Shown: positions 13,957-27,019 of the stretch, in pieces | Layout of the letters: every line of letters begins with the position of its first letter | How positions within the stretch are numbered: the first letter of the stretch is position 1 | Assembly: GCA_043228905.1 (NCBI GenBank) | Contig: JBHGNT010000005.1 | Location: forward strand, 10,788,001 to 10,852,000 | Length of the DNA: 64,000 nt | From: Azolla caroliniana | Lineage: Eukaryota; Plantae; Polypodiophyta | Direction of reading: 5' to 3' | The notes under the pieces: generated by a model | What the model was told of the DNA's origin: nothing | What the model saw: only the letters and a program-made list of their open reading frames with translations | Databases searched by the model: none | Translations under genes and position numbers: made by a program

Positions 13957-15998
13957 CTTACAGGAAGCATGAGATCAAAGGCTATAAACGTCCTAGGGAG
14001 AAAGATCTTATTGTTACAAGGCAACTCAGGAGCTCTAGAATCTATTCACCCGATGCTGAAGAGAAGACCACTTTGGATAGCGATATTCCAAATAGAACTG
14101 AAGCAACACGAAAATCTCTTACTTGGGACTCAATATACATAAATGGAATCTCTACACAAAGCTTTGGAGAGTCTCTTAAATGCATAGAAGATGATATACC
14201 TCTGTCTAAGCTGTTTAAGCAAGGTAGGAAAGGCAGATCAAAGAGTGTTTACATCAATCCTCAGAGTTTTGATTTGAAGAAAGATCATATAGCCAGATTG
14301 GTTCCAGAGAGAATAATGAGTGTAGCTTTCTTTCCTTCCAATGAAAAGCTCCTGGTAGTAGTGGGTGATAAAGGAGGTCATCTTGGATTCTGGGATGTGA
14401 ATTGTGAATTTGATGGAGATGGAGTACACTTGTTTAAACCTCATTCATCTCCTGTTTCAGGAATATCTATAGCGCCTTTCAGTATAACTAAGGTTAGATC
14501 CATTCGAATCATATCATTTATGATATATTGTATAGCTAAGGCTAGAGTAATTCATGCAATTTCTGTTATGTTTTGACATTCGTATTCCCAATAGAAAAAT
14601 AGGACAGGTTTACTGATTTAAGGCTCACAGATGATCTTTGTGGTGTGAGCACTAATATAGAGAATAGCCTAAGCATATCCAAGGTATTTGCATGGCTCAT
14701 TATGCTCTATTATTGGAACGCCACATTCCATAAAGGTTTATTGCTGGGTTGTGAATCTCATCTAGTTTTGTGGAGATCTTACACGTATCTTATGAACACC
14801 GCATTCTATAAAAGCCCATTGCTTCATAGCTGATGACATGCAATAATAATTCTTGTAACAGGTATTTTCATGCAGCTATGATGGAACTGTGAAACAATTA
14901 GATGTGGACGGTTCTATGTTTGATTTGAATTACTTCTCAGAGGAGGATTCTTTTAGTGCGATTTGTTCTTGCAATGTAAATTCCTTGTATATAGGAGCAG
15001 ATAATGGATTCTTAACAATGCTTGATGTAAGGCAGAAGAAATTCACTGAACGCCTTAGTATTCATGATAAGAGAATCAACACCATTGATCTCAATCAGAA
15101 TTCATTATTGATGGTTACAAGCTCAACAGATGCAACGGCAAAGGTTTGGGATGTGAGGAAATTGAATGAGGGGTTGAATATTAGTAAGCTCGAACATGGA
15201 AGAGCAGTTCACTCAGCACACTTCTCTCCATCAGGAAACAAGATTGCCACATGCAGGTTCATTTTATTAAGTCTAATTTTATCCTGAGAAAGTCAGGCTC
15301 ATGTGTGCGGTCTGTGTAATTTTTTTTGTTTGTGGGCAGTGTTGACAATACTATTGGAGTGATAACAGAAATAGGGCAGCGAAATGAAAATAGTGTGGTT
15401 TATGATAAACCAACATTTATTGCCCATCCAAATACAAACAACGGATGGATTTCCACTTTCAGGTACATATTTTATTAACATTTCTTTTCAAAGGGCAATA
15501 CAATCATTTTCATTCCTTATGTTGTGGAAAATTGTCAATGTCTGAACTGCTCCTTTTTTTGAGGAGCAAATCAGTTAAACAATACACAACCTTTATCACT
15601 GCACTATGCAAGAAAAAATATATTTGAATTTTTTTTTTCAGTTAGGTAACCTGGTAATATTTCAACGATGATTTGTGGGTTCATCTAATGTTTCCCTTAT
15701 GATCTGGCCATAGCTGTTAATTAAAGATTGGTGATATAATACTGCCATCCAATTTGGATTGAGTTAGATAGGGTGGTTTTTGTGTAGGGCAATTTGGGGC
15801 TGGGATGATGAATATGTGTTCGTGCCAAGCATGAAAAGAACAATTGATGTTATCTCTACAAGAAAAAAGTCCATATGCCATCAATTAAGCAGCTCTTGGA
15901 TGACATCTATACCTTCTAGATTAGCGGCGCACCCCAACATGCACGGTATATTGGCAGGATGTAGTGCAGGCGGTCAAGTGTATATATGGCAACAATAG
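12733..15998 (+). CDS. WDR76: WD40-repeat protein, WDR76/CMR1-like, about 461 aa; exons 12733-12860, 13964-14492, 14862-15256, 15340-15462, 15788-15998
   Basis: GT-AG phase-consistent exons (1386 nt); N-terminal DYERKRIQNVKRNEA motif; ARLVPERIMSVAFFP, GDKGGHLGFWD, SCSYDG, HDKRINTID, SSTDATAKVWD, HGRAVHSAHFSPSG, GWISTFRAIWGWD, GGQVYIW. Confidence 0.9.
13380..13885 (-). mobile_element. Possible decayed LINE 3' fragment, antisense within WDR76 intron 1
   Basis: ORF 13503-14024 reads like a post-RT LINE C-terminal region (SWIQDMEKWF); no diagnostic catalytic motif. Confidence 0.25.
13892..13953. repeat. (GA)n microsatellite just upstream of the WDR76 exon 2 acceptor
   Basis: About 31 perfect units. 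Confidence 0.95.
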
Positions 15999-16471
15999 CA
16001 ACCCTGTTGCGTTTTGTGTATATTCTTGTCTTCTATGGCATGGAAAGCTAATAAATCTCTAGTTCTTAGTTTCCATTAGGTTGCCCCAACAGTAACATTA
16101 GTAGAAAACATTAGGATGCATTTTTTTATTGTTGCATCAAGCTCTCATTTGCAGTGTAAATGGGGCGTTTTGGGAATAGAAATGCGTTGTGCATGTAATG
16201 CACATAGACATCCATGTGATAAGCTGGATAATCTTTTTGTTGTATGTGGAAATATTGAGCCTCCCGTGAAAAATTCATTCCAAATATTGTACACATTGAA
16301 GGAGAGTATCATGACTTGTAATATTGTTAACTTGCTTGCCTTGGACTCTCCTTTATGTAATGGACTTGACATTGTGTATCAACTTGTGTTTTTGAAATTC
16401 TTTAACTTGTACCATATATTTGAGTTTGTTTAATTGAGACATGTGGTAAATTGGCTCAATGGACATAGTTA

Positions 16472-16506
<35 letters not shown>

Positions 16507-16800
16507 GAAAACACAATTATATTTATAAATGTTTGTGAGAAACACTACAGTGGTACCACAATTTAGTGGGTATCATCGTTGGATAGGTAGTGGGACATGT
16601 TGACTTGCCAATAGACAAGACAAATACTCCATTGAGAAAAGAATTTTAACTTGTTCCAATAAACAAAATTGTCCCATTAATACTCATTTCAACATTTGTA
16701 TATATGCTCTAGCTCCATGGTTACCATCAAATTCAAAAACATTGTGCATATCCAATTATGATGCAAAATTAATATCTCAAAATAATATAATAATTGCTAT

Positions 16801-17252
16801 TAACAATCAGCAACGGTTCGGTTCGGTTTGAGAAGGTCCAAATTGAACTGTTAAACTTTTTTGAAACTTGAGCCAAACGAACCAAACCAAACCGAACCAC
16901 GAAATTGTTAAATCGAACCTTTAAACAAATTTCAAACAGTTAAACCGTAAAAATTGCGGTTTTGTGGTTTGGTTTCAGTTTTCAACATAGGTCAAAATTT
17001 TAATTTTTTAAAATTTATAATATTTCATTATTTAAAATTTAAATTCTTTTAAGATGTTCCTTGTGAGAATAAGGTCTAAAAATGAAAAGATTGTTTAAAA
17101 ACAATTTTTAAAATTTTTAATTTTTTTAAAATAAGAAATAAAAAACCGTTAAACCGCGGTTTTTGGTTGTTAAAACCGAACCGAACCGTTAAACCATTAA
17201 GTTGTGGTTTTGCGGTTCGGTTCGGTTCAAACCGAACCGTTGCCGATTGTTA
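16801..17252. mobile_element. Non-autonomous hAT-type DNA transposon (MITE), 452 bp
   Basis: TIR TAACAATC(A/G)GCAACGGTTCGGTT at both ends; 8-bp TSD ATTGCTAT at 16793-16800 and 17253-17260; many AACCG/CGGTT subterminal motifs. Confidence 0.85.
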
Positions 17253-17504
17253 ATTGCTATCTTTGATTTTGGGTTAACCAACTAGAACTGAACCGTTAAG
17301 CCATTAAGTCGTGGTTTTGCGATTCGGTTCGGTTCAAACCGAACCGTTGCCGATTGTTAATTGCTATCTTTGATTTTGGGTTAACCAACTAGAACTGAAC
17401 CGTTAAGCCATTAAGTCGTGGTTTTGCGATTCAGTTCGGTTCAAACCGAACCGTTGCCGATTGTTAATTGCTATCTTTGATTTTGGGTTTACCAACTGGA
17501 ATTG
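17184..17504. repeat. 3 x 107-bp tandem repeat spanning MITE right end, TSD and flank
   Basis: Units start at 17184, 17291 and 17398. Confidence 0.92.
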
Positions 17505-18038
17505 TACAAATATGTAGTATCTTTTACATTTTCTCTTCCCCCTTTAGCTTGTGGATAGGTCTTTAGGTGGGAAGGGTAGAAAAGAGGGAAAATAAAGTGG
17601 GGGTATTGATTATGAAAGGGGGAAAATGTAGGTAACTGAATGTGGGCCTAGGCTCAATGCCACATGGTTGCAAGTTCGGTGTCAACCATTGATTGTTGAT
17701 GCCGACATGAAGCAACAACAATGTTCATGATTGATAATAATGACTATGGTGATCACCCTCTTTCTCTTTGTTGCCTTCTTCTTGTCAATGAACTATAGGC
17801 ATTTCTTTGTTCTTCTTGCTTGTTTCCTTTTCCTCCTCTATCTTCCTATTAATTTATTTTCTTTATTTTCCTTTCGAAATAAGTATGATGTCTCCTAGAT
17901 TCAACGACCTAGGAACAAAATGCGTTAGGGTTGAGCAAGGACCTAGAGACGAATTGACCATTCCCCTCCTCTTCACTTTGACACGACCATCACCCAACAT
18001 GAAGAGCATCAGATTTTACAAAATCCGATGGTGGGGTT

Positions 18039-20800
18039 TCAAAATACGAGTTGCCAGACCTGCGCTAGCTGTTCATCCGCCAGGACTTGGAAGTCATCAG
18101 CCAGCTCGTCCCGTATGGCGGTGAAGTCCTCGGAAGTCAACGTATAACAATCATCTCCTTCCTTCCGCCTGTTTGCCACGTCTGCCCGTAGCAATTGGAG
18201 TTCCGCCGCGTTTTGTGCCCACTTTGTCCACCATCTTATGGAGCTTTCGTCAATCAAGCGTTTTTTCTGATTCAACCATGCCCGGAGGATGCACTGAATC
18301 CGGCCCGTTCCCAATTGCGATTTGATTTTCGCCGCTTGCCGTTCCTCCTTCATTTGCTTGATGATTTTGACGATGTCTTCCGCTTGTTCCTTGTAATGCG
18401 TCAATTGCCTTTGATATGTGCTTTGTAATTTCTGCAATACCGTTGACGCTCTCTCCTTTTCTTCTTCCTGCTGCCTCTAGAGCTCCATCCGGACCTTCTC
18501 CGCCTCGTCCAACCGTCTTGTATTTTCCGCACGTTCGTCGGCGATCGCTGTTGCGGCCCGATCAACTTCCTGCTGGAGCTCGGCCATGCGTTCCTTACGC
18601 TCAGTTTCCAGCAGTTTGTAGTCCCGGTGCAGGTGCTCAAAATCATCTGTCTTTTGCTTGAGCCGTGCGTTGATCTGTCGACGGGCCCGGTCCTCGCGGT
18701 CCTTCTGCTGGCGGAGCTCTTCCTTTAGCCGTTCAATTTTCGTTTCCGCCGTCTTCCGCAACTTGTCCTTTTCCTGCAACACTTTGTCTTTTTCCTCCCT
18801 TAGCCGGTCGTACGCTTGTTGGCCTTTCCGGAGGCTCTCCTCTGCTCGGCGGAGGTTCTCAGCAGTCTTCTTTAATTCGGCTTCGGCCGCTGTCTTCAAT
18901 TCCCGTTCACGGCTCCTTAGTGCTTCTTGTGCAACAAGTTCATCTCTCAATTCCGCAACCTCCTGGGCTTGCGCCGCATCTCTCGCCGGAACGGTTTCCG
19001 TTGCCGGGGTCTTATTGGTATGTACAGGTCAATCTGTTTCTTTATTCTGTACACTTATCGGAGTCACCAGTGATTGGATCTGTGTTGCTGTTAAGGCCAT
19101 TTTGGCCATCTTTGCCGTGACATGATCTAAGTCTCTTTCAAGGCACTGGATTCTGGACCGGGCCGTCTCTAGTTGTTCGGTTGTGACGAGCAACCATTCG
19201 CTTTGCGCTCTTTCTTCCGCCTCAATATACCCCACTGCTCCGGCAATCTGTTTGCCTATCCACCGGAGCCACAGGCTACCGGTGCCTTGTTGTTGCGTTT
19301 GACGGATGGGCTCACTTATAGATGGGTGGTCCCGCCTGATTGCGCCGAGTTGCAATTCCGTTTCTGCTCGTGGACCACCTTGCTGTCCTGGTTCCCCTTG
19401 CGCTTCTTCTTGGTTGGCCGAGGGAGGCTGCATTGACCTTTCCGGCTCTGGCGGGATGGGACTTGCTGGTGTTGCCGGTGGTGCCGAGGCTTCTGATTCC
19501 GGTGCCATGCGCACCGGTTCCGGTTCTTCCCTTGGCGTGGGAGTCTCAGTATGGGGAGCCGGTGTTCCCTCCGTCTGAGGGTCCGAACGTTTCCCGGCTG
19601 CCTCAACGGTCCTTGCCAACGACCGTCGCTGGAGGTGCTCCGTAGGCTCCTCTATTTCCTCTTCATGAGTCCCGGCATTGAGTTTTGCCGCCAAGGGGTC
19701 TGCTTCTCTATTCACCGGTCGGCGGAGTGTAACCTTTACGGGCTGTGCCGGTGGTTCCTCCTGCGCATCCGTTGGCCGCCTCCGGCTGGCGCTCTCCTTT
19801 CCCGCCTGTTCTGCATCCGCCGCCTTCCCTTTAGTGGCCTTAGAGGCCAACAACCGTTGTCTTTTGGAAGCCGTCTTTGGGGTGCTGTCCGCCACTCTTC
19901 CTGGCTTCTTGGGATGGACGGGCTGGACGGGTGGCACAAGCAAGGTGAGCCACTGCGTTACAACGTGCCATATCCTCCGTCCATCTCGGCCTTCTTTGCC
20001 GTCTTTGCCTCTGACGATCTCGATCGCCGCACACAACCCGTCTGCGATCAATACCAGCCAATCCACCTTTATCCCCTCATAGGTGGTGATGATCATTCCT
20101 GCCCGGTTCTGCGGCATGACAGGGGGTCTAGGGTACACATGGCCGTATTCGTGGAGCACACGAGCAATCTCGCGGAACAGCATATCTCCGCCGCCCTGTG
20201 TCCGGTAGCCCTTGCTGGCTAGGGAGTACTCACCAAAATACCTGATGAGTTGCTCCGAGGTCGGATTGTCAATCGTGAGTATGCCTCCCTCCGGAAGGCC
20301 TGTTAATGCTCGAATCGCCTCCGTCATTATGACCTCTGTGTCGATTTCTTTGATCACCTTGTCGGCTTCTTTGTGTGGCGGTACTTCCATCATCATCAAG
20401 AAGCCCTCGAGCCCGTGTTGCTTTAGCCATGTCTTGCCCGGTTCTGCGGCATGACAGGGGGTCTAGGGTACACATGGCCGTATTCGTGGAGCACACGAGC
20501 AATCTCGCGGAACAACATATCTCCGCCGCCCTGTGTCCGGTAGCCCTTGCTGGCTAGGGAGTACTCACCAAAATACCTGATGAGTTGCTCCGAGGTCGGA
20601 TTGTCAATCGTGAGTATGCCTCCCTCCGGAAGGCCTGTTAATGCTCGAATCGCCTCCGTCATTATGACCTCTGTGTTGATTTCTTTGATCACCTTGTCGG
20701 CTTCTTTGTGTGGCGGTACTTCCATCATCATCAAGAAGCCCTCGAGCCCGTGTTGCTTTAGCCATGTCTTGGCGGCTTCCGACAGCGTTTGCGGGTCCAT
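18039..20800 (-). pseudogene. Extra ORF (env position) of the Athila-like element; about 808 aa after repair, with N-terminal globular domain, Pro/Glu linker and long coiled coil
   Basis: ORFs 20399-19029, 18950-18477 and 18437-18039 share a frame; ATG 20800 (MDPQTL) becomes in frame once a 335-bp duplication is removed. Confidence 0.75.
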
Positions 20801-21160
20801 GTCTGTGTCGAGGTCGGATTGCGGTGGCGAGGTTGGATGGTGATGAGAGTGAGATTGAGAGAGAGAGAGTTCAGAAGGCGGGGGTTCTCTGTGCGTAGGT
20901 TCTCGTCTGATGATCTTGCCGCGCCTTGGTGCTTCTGTGCTCCTGGGTTCGCGAAAGTAAAGGGTCTCCATGCGCAATGGTTTTTCTCTGTGCATTCTGG
21001 CGCCTTTTTCGAGTGTGTGCACGTCGTGTACTAAAATAGCATTATGTCCTGTGGTGGCGCTTAAATGCCCACTACGTACCTTTTCGCGCCTTGCTCTTTC
21101 TTCCATTCATTCCTCGCTTTTGCATGATTACTTCGTTTTTATTTTTATTTTAATGTGACG

Positions 21161-24100
21161 TTACTTGTCCGTTGGTCCTATCGGACCCTTACCGGCCTCA
21201 TTCTCCCCAGTTACCGGCTCGCCGTCTCTGCCGTCTTGGTGGTTGCCGTTTCCCTCATAGGTTGCTGTTTCCGCACCGGTGTCGGTCCTTTGCTCAAATG
21301 GGTTTTTGGGCATTGGTCCTCTATATGGCTTCAATCGGAATCCGTTGACCCATTTGCCTAGCACTTCGCCGACAAGTGTCCCTAACTGGTAGGACCCATT
21401 ATACTCACGTGTCAGCCAATACGGTCCGGTCCATCTAAACCGTAGTTTACCCAGCATCTTGCCCATCCGGGTCTGAAATACTAACACTGGTTTGCCGATT
21501 GCGAACATTTTTTCATTTCCTTTCCTGTGCCGGTCGACAAATGCTTTCCGTCGTCGTCGTTCCAATTGTAAGTGCAGGATGCTTGCTAGTCGTTGTTCCT
21601 CGAGTTCACACAACGCTGCTAACCGTATTGCCTCCGACTCCTTCTCGTTCAGCCGTTCCCGTAGTTGGATCCGTAAGCTGGGTACTTGGAATTCCATCAG
21701 CATTACCGCCTCTAGTCCGAACGCTAACCGGAACGGTGTTGTTCGGATGCTCGTTTTGTATGCCGTCCGGTATGCCCAAAGCGCGCTATGTAGCTTGGTA
21801 TCCCAATCCGTTCGGTTTTCATTGACGATCTTCCGGAGGATATTCTGGAGCGTTTTGTTCGTCGATTCCGCAAACCCGTTTGCTTGCGGATAGTATGGTG
21901 TGCTCCGTTTATGGACAACGACATAGAATGTCGTCAGGCTTTCAACTACTTGGCCGAGAAAGTGCCCCCCTTGGTCGCTTATTAATTCGATTGGGCATCC
22001 GTATCGGCACCAGATGTACTCGTATAGAAATTTCGCCGTTGACGCAGCGGTGTTGTCTCTTAAGGCTTTGGCCTCCACCCATTTCGTGCAGTAATCCGTC
22101 GCGACGATGACGTACCGATTACCTGTTCTCATTGCCGATGGTTTGAACGGTCCAACAAAGTCCAGCCCCCACTTCTGGAATGGCTCGAGTGGTAGTACCG
22201 GCTGGTGTGGCATACGAACCTGCTCCGTTGGCTGGCCCATTCGATGGCATAGGTCACATTCTTTTGCGTACCGTACCGCATCTCTTAATGTCGTTGGCCA
22301 CCATAGGCCACTTTGCCATATTTTCCTGGCTGTCGCATCTCCGGCATAGTGACCTCCGGCAACTCCGCAGTGGGCTTCCCTCAGTATCAGGTTCTTTTCA
22401 TCGCTGCGCACAGCCCGTCTCCATATGCCGTCCGCGCCCTTGTGGTAAAGTGTGTCTTGCAGTAAGCAAAAATGTCGGCTTTGCACCGCCAGGCGTTTCC
22501 GTTCGTCCCGGTTCATCTCTTCCGGAGGCAGTCCTGTGCTCAGAAACTGGTGCATGTTTGTGAGCCACTTGTCTTCCTGTGCCACCGTCTCATCTGCTGC
22601 TGTTTCCGTAGTGACTCGAAACAGCTCCGCATCCGGAAACTCATCCGCTACTCCGTCACCCGTCTCTCCGGACTCTTATAGGCTTAAGTAATCCGCCACG
22701 ACATGCTGTATACCAGGTCGGTGGAATATTTCAAACTTGAATTCCTGTAACAGTAAGGTCCACCAGGCCAACTTACCGGTGAGTGACGCTTTGGACACCA
22801 GGTAAAGGAGTGCCGAATGATCTACATGGAAGGAAAACTTCCTTCCCAATAAATAATGCCGAAACTTTGTCACACTGTAGATCATCCCTAGAGCTTCCCG
22901 TTCCGTGGTAGAGTAGTTCCGTTCTGCTTGGGATAGCTTTCGGCTGGCATAGTACACTGGCCGGTACCACTTTGGCTCCGTAAGCTGCATCAGTACGCTT
23001 CCGATTGTGATGTCAGAGGCGTCCATGAACACATGAAATTCTTTACTCCAATCCGGATGCTGCACTACCGGTGCTTGCGACAATAGTACCTTGAGGGCCC
23101 TATACGCCCTATCCTCGGTGTCGGTCCACTGGAATGGTGTCCGATGTATGGCGGCATGCAACGGTGTAGCCAGGTCGGCCAAGTATTGGAGCATCTGGCT
23201 GTGCCACCGGATTTGGCCTAAGAACCGACTTAATGCCTTTGCCGTTGCTGACGCCGGTGCTTCTAATATGGCTTTCACTTTGTCCGGGTCGACTGCAATA
23301 CCTTCGTGGCTCACAATATGTCCTAATAAAGTTCCACTGGACACACCAAATACACACTTTGCCGGATTCAAGCTTAGCCGGTATGCTCTACACTTTTCTA
23401 GACAAAGATGGAGGTGCTGAAAATGGTCCTCCTCTCAACTATAGACGGAGAAATCGTCAAGGAAAACCTGCATAAAAGCCGGGATATATTCACCAAAGAT
23501 TTCCATGATGATTCGTTGAAATGTTGCCGGTGCCGTTTTGAGTCCGAACATCATCACCACGGCCACAGACACCCCCCATTCGGTGACGAAAGCCGTTTTC
23601 TCTTGGTCGTCGGGGTGCATCCGGATCTGATTATACCCGATGAATCCGTCTAGGAAGCTATAGACCTCATGGCCGGCGACGGCATCCAACACTCCATCTG
23701 TGAACGGAAGTGGAAACGCATTCGTTACCGTAGCTGCATTGAGTTTCCGGTAGTCCACACAAACTTGAATTTTTCCGTTCTTCTTCGGTACGACTATGAT
23801 CGAGCTCAGCCATGTCGCTTTCTTTACCGGACAGATAAAGCCAACTCTTAGCAGTTTGTCGATTTCCTCCTTGATTTTGGCAGCATAATTGGGATTCATC
23901 CGGTACCGTCTTTGTGCCACTGGTTTTGCGTCCTTGCTCAAGTGAACCTGATGCTGGTATAACTGAGGGTCGAGTCCTCGCATGTCTTCGTATGACTAGG
24001 CGAACACATCGCGAAATTCCGTGAGAAGTGTGATCATCGCCGTTTTGTCTTCGGACTTCATCTCATTGGCGATGTGCACCGGTTTTGCTTCGTCCGTGGT

Positions 24101-26968
24101 CCCTAGGTTCACCTCTTCCAGTTGCGACACTTTTACGCGCTGTGAAACGGCCATTTCCCGTTCCAACGCTTCCTGCGCTTGCCGTAACTCCCGGATTGCG
24201 TCTTTATCCGGTTCTGCTTCAGCCTCTTCCGGTTGCGGTAAGTATGGTGCTACTGCTTCGGCAATGTCAATTTCGAAGAGGGGTATGATCTTCGGGTTTT
24301 CCTACAAGTACTGAGCTTCTTCTTCGTCAGCTAACCCTTCTAGCATGCACTCTGCATACAACGGTGTACATTCCTTGCCAGTGCTCGTCCTTGGCTGTGT
24401 TGGTACCCGTACCTTGGCTTTTCCTCGCCGGAAGGTAATTATATTTTTCCTCCAATTCTGTTTGATATGTGCCGTTTTCAACCACGGCCGCCCCAGCAAT
24501 AGCGGGTATGCGCCTTGTGCCTGTAATTGTAGCACTACGGTCGAGATGTGAAATGTATGACCACCCACGGTGACTTCTAATTTCCGTATTAATCCTGTCG
24601 GCCGTACGGAGCTTGTATCGGCCATCCGTAACCAGAATGGACACGGCTCCCACTCGTGGATTCCTAGGGCATCACACGTCCGGAGGCTTATTACATTCAC
24701 CCCGGAGCCTTCGTCTATAATTGTGCCGGGGAGTTCTTTCCCTCTTACAATGGTAGTGATTACCGGAATATTGGTGTCCACCACCGTTGGTCCCTCCTCC
24801 GAATTCGAGAAGAGTACCGGTGCCGGTGATGATTCTCCTGCCGTCATGGCTGTCTTCAGTCCCTCCGTGAATCTTGGCACAAGCTGTAGGAGTCTTCCTA
24901 GTGGCAGCGTAATCTGGCATTCTTGCAACACCTGCCATATCTCGTTCTCGGAGTGACTGCCGCCGGCAAGCCCTACGGTGTTCTCCTTTTGCCGTTGTAA
25001 GTCCGTGACATTCTGCTCGTTTGCTTTCTTTACCCATTCCGTCGCTTGCTTCCGAATGGTCTCCTGCGTCTCCCATTCCTTGGCCATGCCCTTCGACCTT
25101 GTGGTCACCTGCTACAGATCTGCCACCTCAGGGACTACCATATTTACTGCCGGTCGTTTTTCATAGCTCTTCACCGGGCATTGATTACTATAATGGCCTT
25201 CCTGTCGGCAGTAGTAGTAGTAGGCTTTCCGGGTATTGCTGGATTCGGCATTGTTTGTTGTACCCGAGGCCGGTCCTGTGGTAAGCGCGGGGTTTTGGGC
25301 CGGTTGGCTGCTTGAAGCTCCTTGTTCCGGATCCCGTGGGTAGCCGCCTTTTTTGAAATGCCGTTTTTTGTTATAATTCTTCTTATTGCGGTACTCTTGA
25401 CGAGGTTGCTCGTTATATCTGTCGTATTCTTCCCGTTGCTGACGATACCCGGGGGAGTGCTCCCGGTCGTAATGTTCGTATCGTCTATTGTAATCCCGGT
25501 ACCGATCATATCTATCATGCCGGTCATAGTTATCCCGCCGATCACCGTACCAGACATCATTCTCCCATCAATCGCCATACCGGACATCCTGTGCCGGTCG
25601 GTCGCAGTCCATTCGCCGCCAGCGTTCCTCTTCTTCATCCCGGCTGCTGCGTGGCTCTATTTGTCGGACGGGCGGTGCTTGCCGGTTCAATAGATTATAC
25701 TCGCACCTATCCGTCGTATGGCCCTTGGATTGATAGATTACACATTGCGTCCTCATAGTGCATTCTAGAGCCGAATGTCCGGAATTCAAGCAGGTTGTGC
25801 ACTGTATTGCTTGCCGAAACCGGAGGTCTTCATCGGACGGTAACGCTCGTTGGAGTGCTCCCAGTGTGAGCCAGGAGCTTGTCTTTTCCATGTCTCTCAC
25901 CCGGTCAATGACTTGGTCGATGGTACTTGTGCGGAAGTCAATTACCGTGCAAACCGTGCGTAGGGGTTCCCGGAGCGCATTTAGGAATATGGTCCGTAAT
26001 TCCTCCTCTGGGGGTGCGCGGGTAAGCTGACTATGCATCCGTTGAAACCAAATGACAAACTGGGGAATGCTCCCCCCTGCCTCCTGTCGGATGGTATAAA
26101 ATAAGCCCACCATTACGGTCTGGTCCACCTCCTTTTGGAAAAAATGCAAGAATTTAGCTTTTAAATCTGCAAAGGTGGTGATGGTAGACGGGTCCTGCGT
26201 CCAGCGCCATCTTGCTGCAGGTCCCTCCAATGTGATGCCAAATTCCGCTATCTTAGAGCGTTCCTCTTCTTCTAGGGTCAATCGCTGGGACACATGGTTG
26301 GCTTCCCATGTCTGTTCAAAGGCGTGCACATGAGCTTCCGCGTCCGGATTATCTCTATACTTGGAGTACTGGAACGACATGTCGTCGTCCGGTATCGCTG
26401 CGCAGGCTGGCAGTGTTGGTGCTCGTTCCGGGATTTTCTCCGGCGTCGGTGGTCTTTCCTGATTTGTTTCCGGCGTCGGTGTTCTTTCCTCTTCTTTTGG
26501 TGACGGAGGCCTCTCCTCTTCGACTTCCGGTGTCGGAGGTCGCTCTTCCTCTGCTGGTCCCGGAGGTTCCAGCCTTAGCACTTCCGGTTCCGGTGTCGGT
26601 AAGGTATCCGATCCTTCGTCCTCCGGTCCGCCCGGGGTTTCGTTGCTGCTACGGTAGTTCGTGTGCACGCTATATTCCCCTTCGGAGTCCGATTCATACG
26701 CTGAAAAGGCTTCTGCTTCGCCTTCTCCGTTTGCCAACGCCTGGAGAAGGGATTCGGTTTCCCGGAGGCTGCTTAGGCTGCTGCCGTCGTCCGGGTGCGA
26801 TGTTTGCTGTAACTAGAGGGAGTCCTCCGCTACTCTCCGGATTACGTTGGAAAACGAGCGATCCGCTCTAATTTCCTGCGCCGCTTACTGGAAAGCCTCA
26901 CGTCTCCTTTGCCTTTCGGCAAGGCGTCGAGTTCGATCTGTAACCAGGTCGTGCGTTGATCTAGTCAT
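21161..26968 (-). pseudogene. gag-pol of the Athila-like element, interrupted by eight in-frame stop codons
   Basis: Gag with Cys knuckles, protease IIDEGSGVNV, RT DYRKLN/FLDD, RH MDASD...TTEREAL, integrase HHCC plus WGLDFVG/SDQG/ANGFAES, and WTGPY; all six-frame ORFs are in the same frame. Confidence 0.9.
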
Positions 26969-27004
26969 CCATCCGTGCCGTCGTTCGTTGCAAAAACAGG
27001 AATC

Positions 27005-27014
27005 GTGGTCGCCA
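27005..27014 (-). promoter_or_regulatory. PBS TGGCGACCAC, complementary to a tRNA-Arg-type 3' end
   Basis: Plus strand reads GTGGTCGCCA, 5 nt from the LTR end. Confidence 0.65.
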
Positions 27015-27019
27015 AAAAC

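Noticed and set aside
17760-18038. 3' LTR of the Athila-like element
   Set aside because: No match to 27020-27454; the element appears truncated here.
25171-25638. Apparent frameshifted second gag ORF
   Set aside because: The real frame continues through a premature TGA at 25570-25568; this ORF is a shadow frame.
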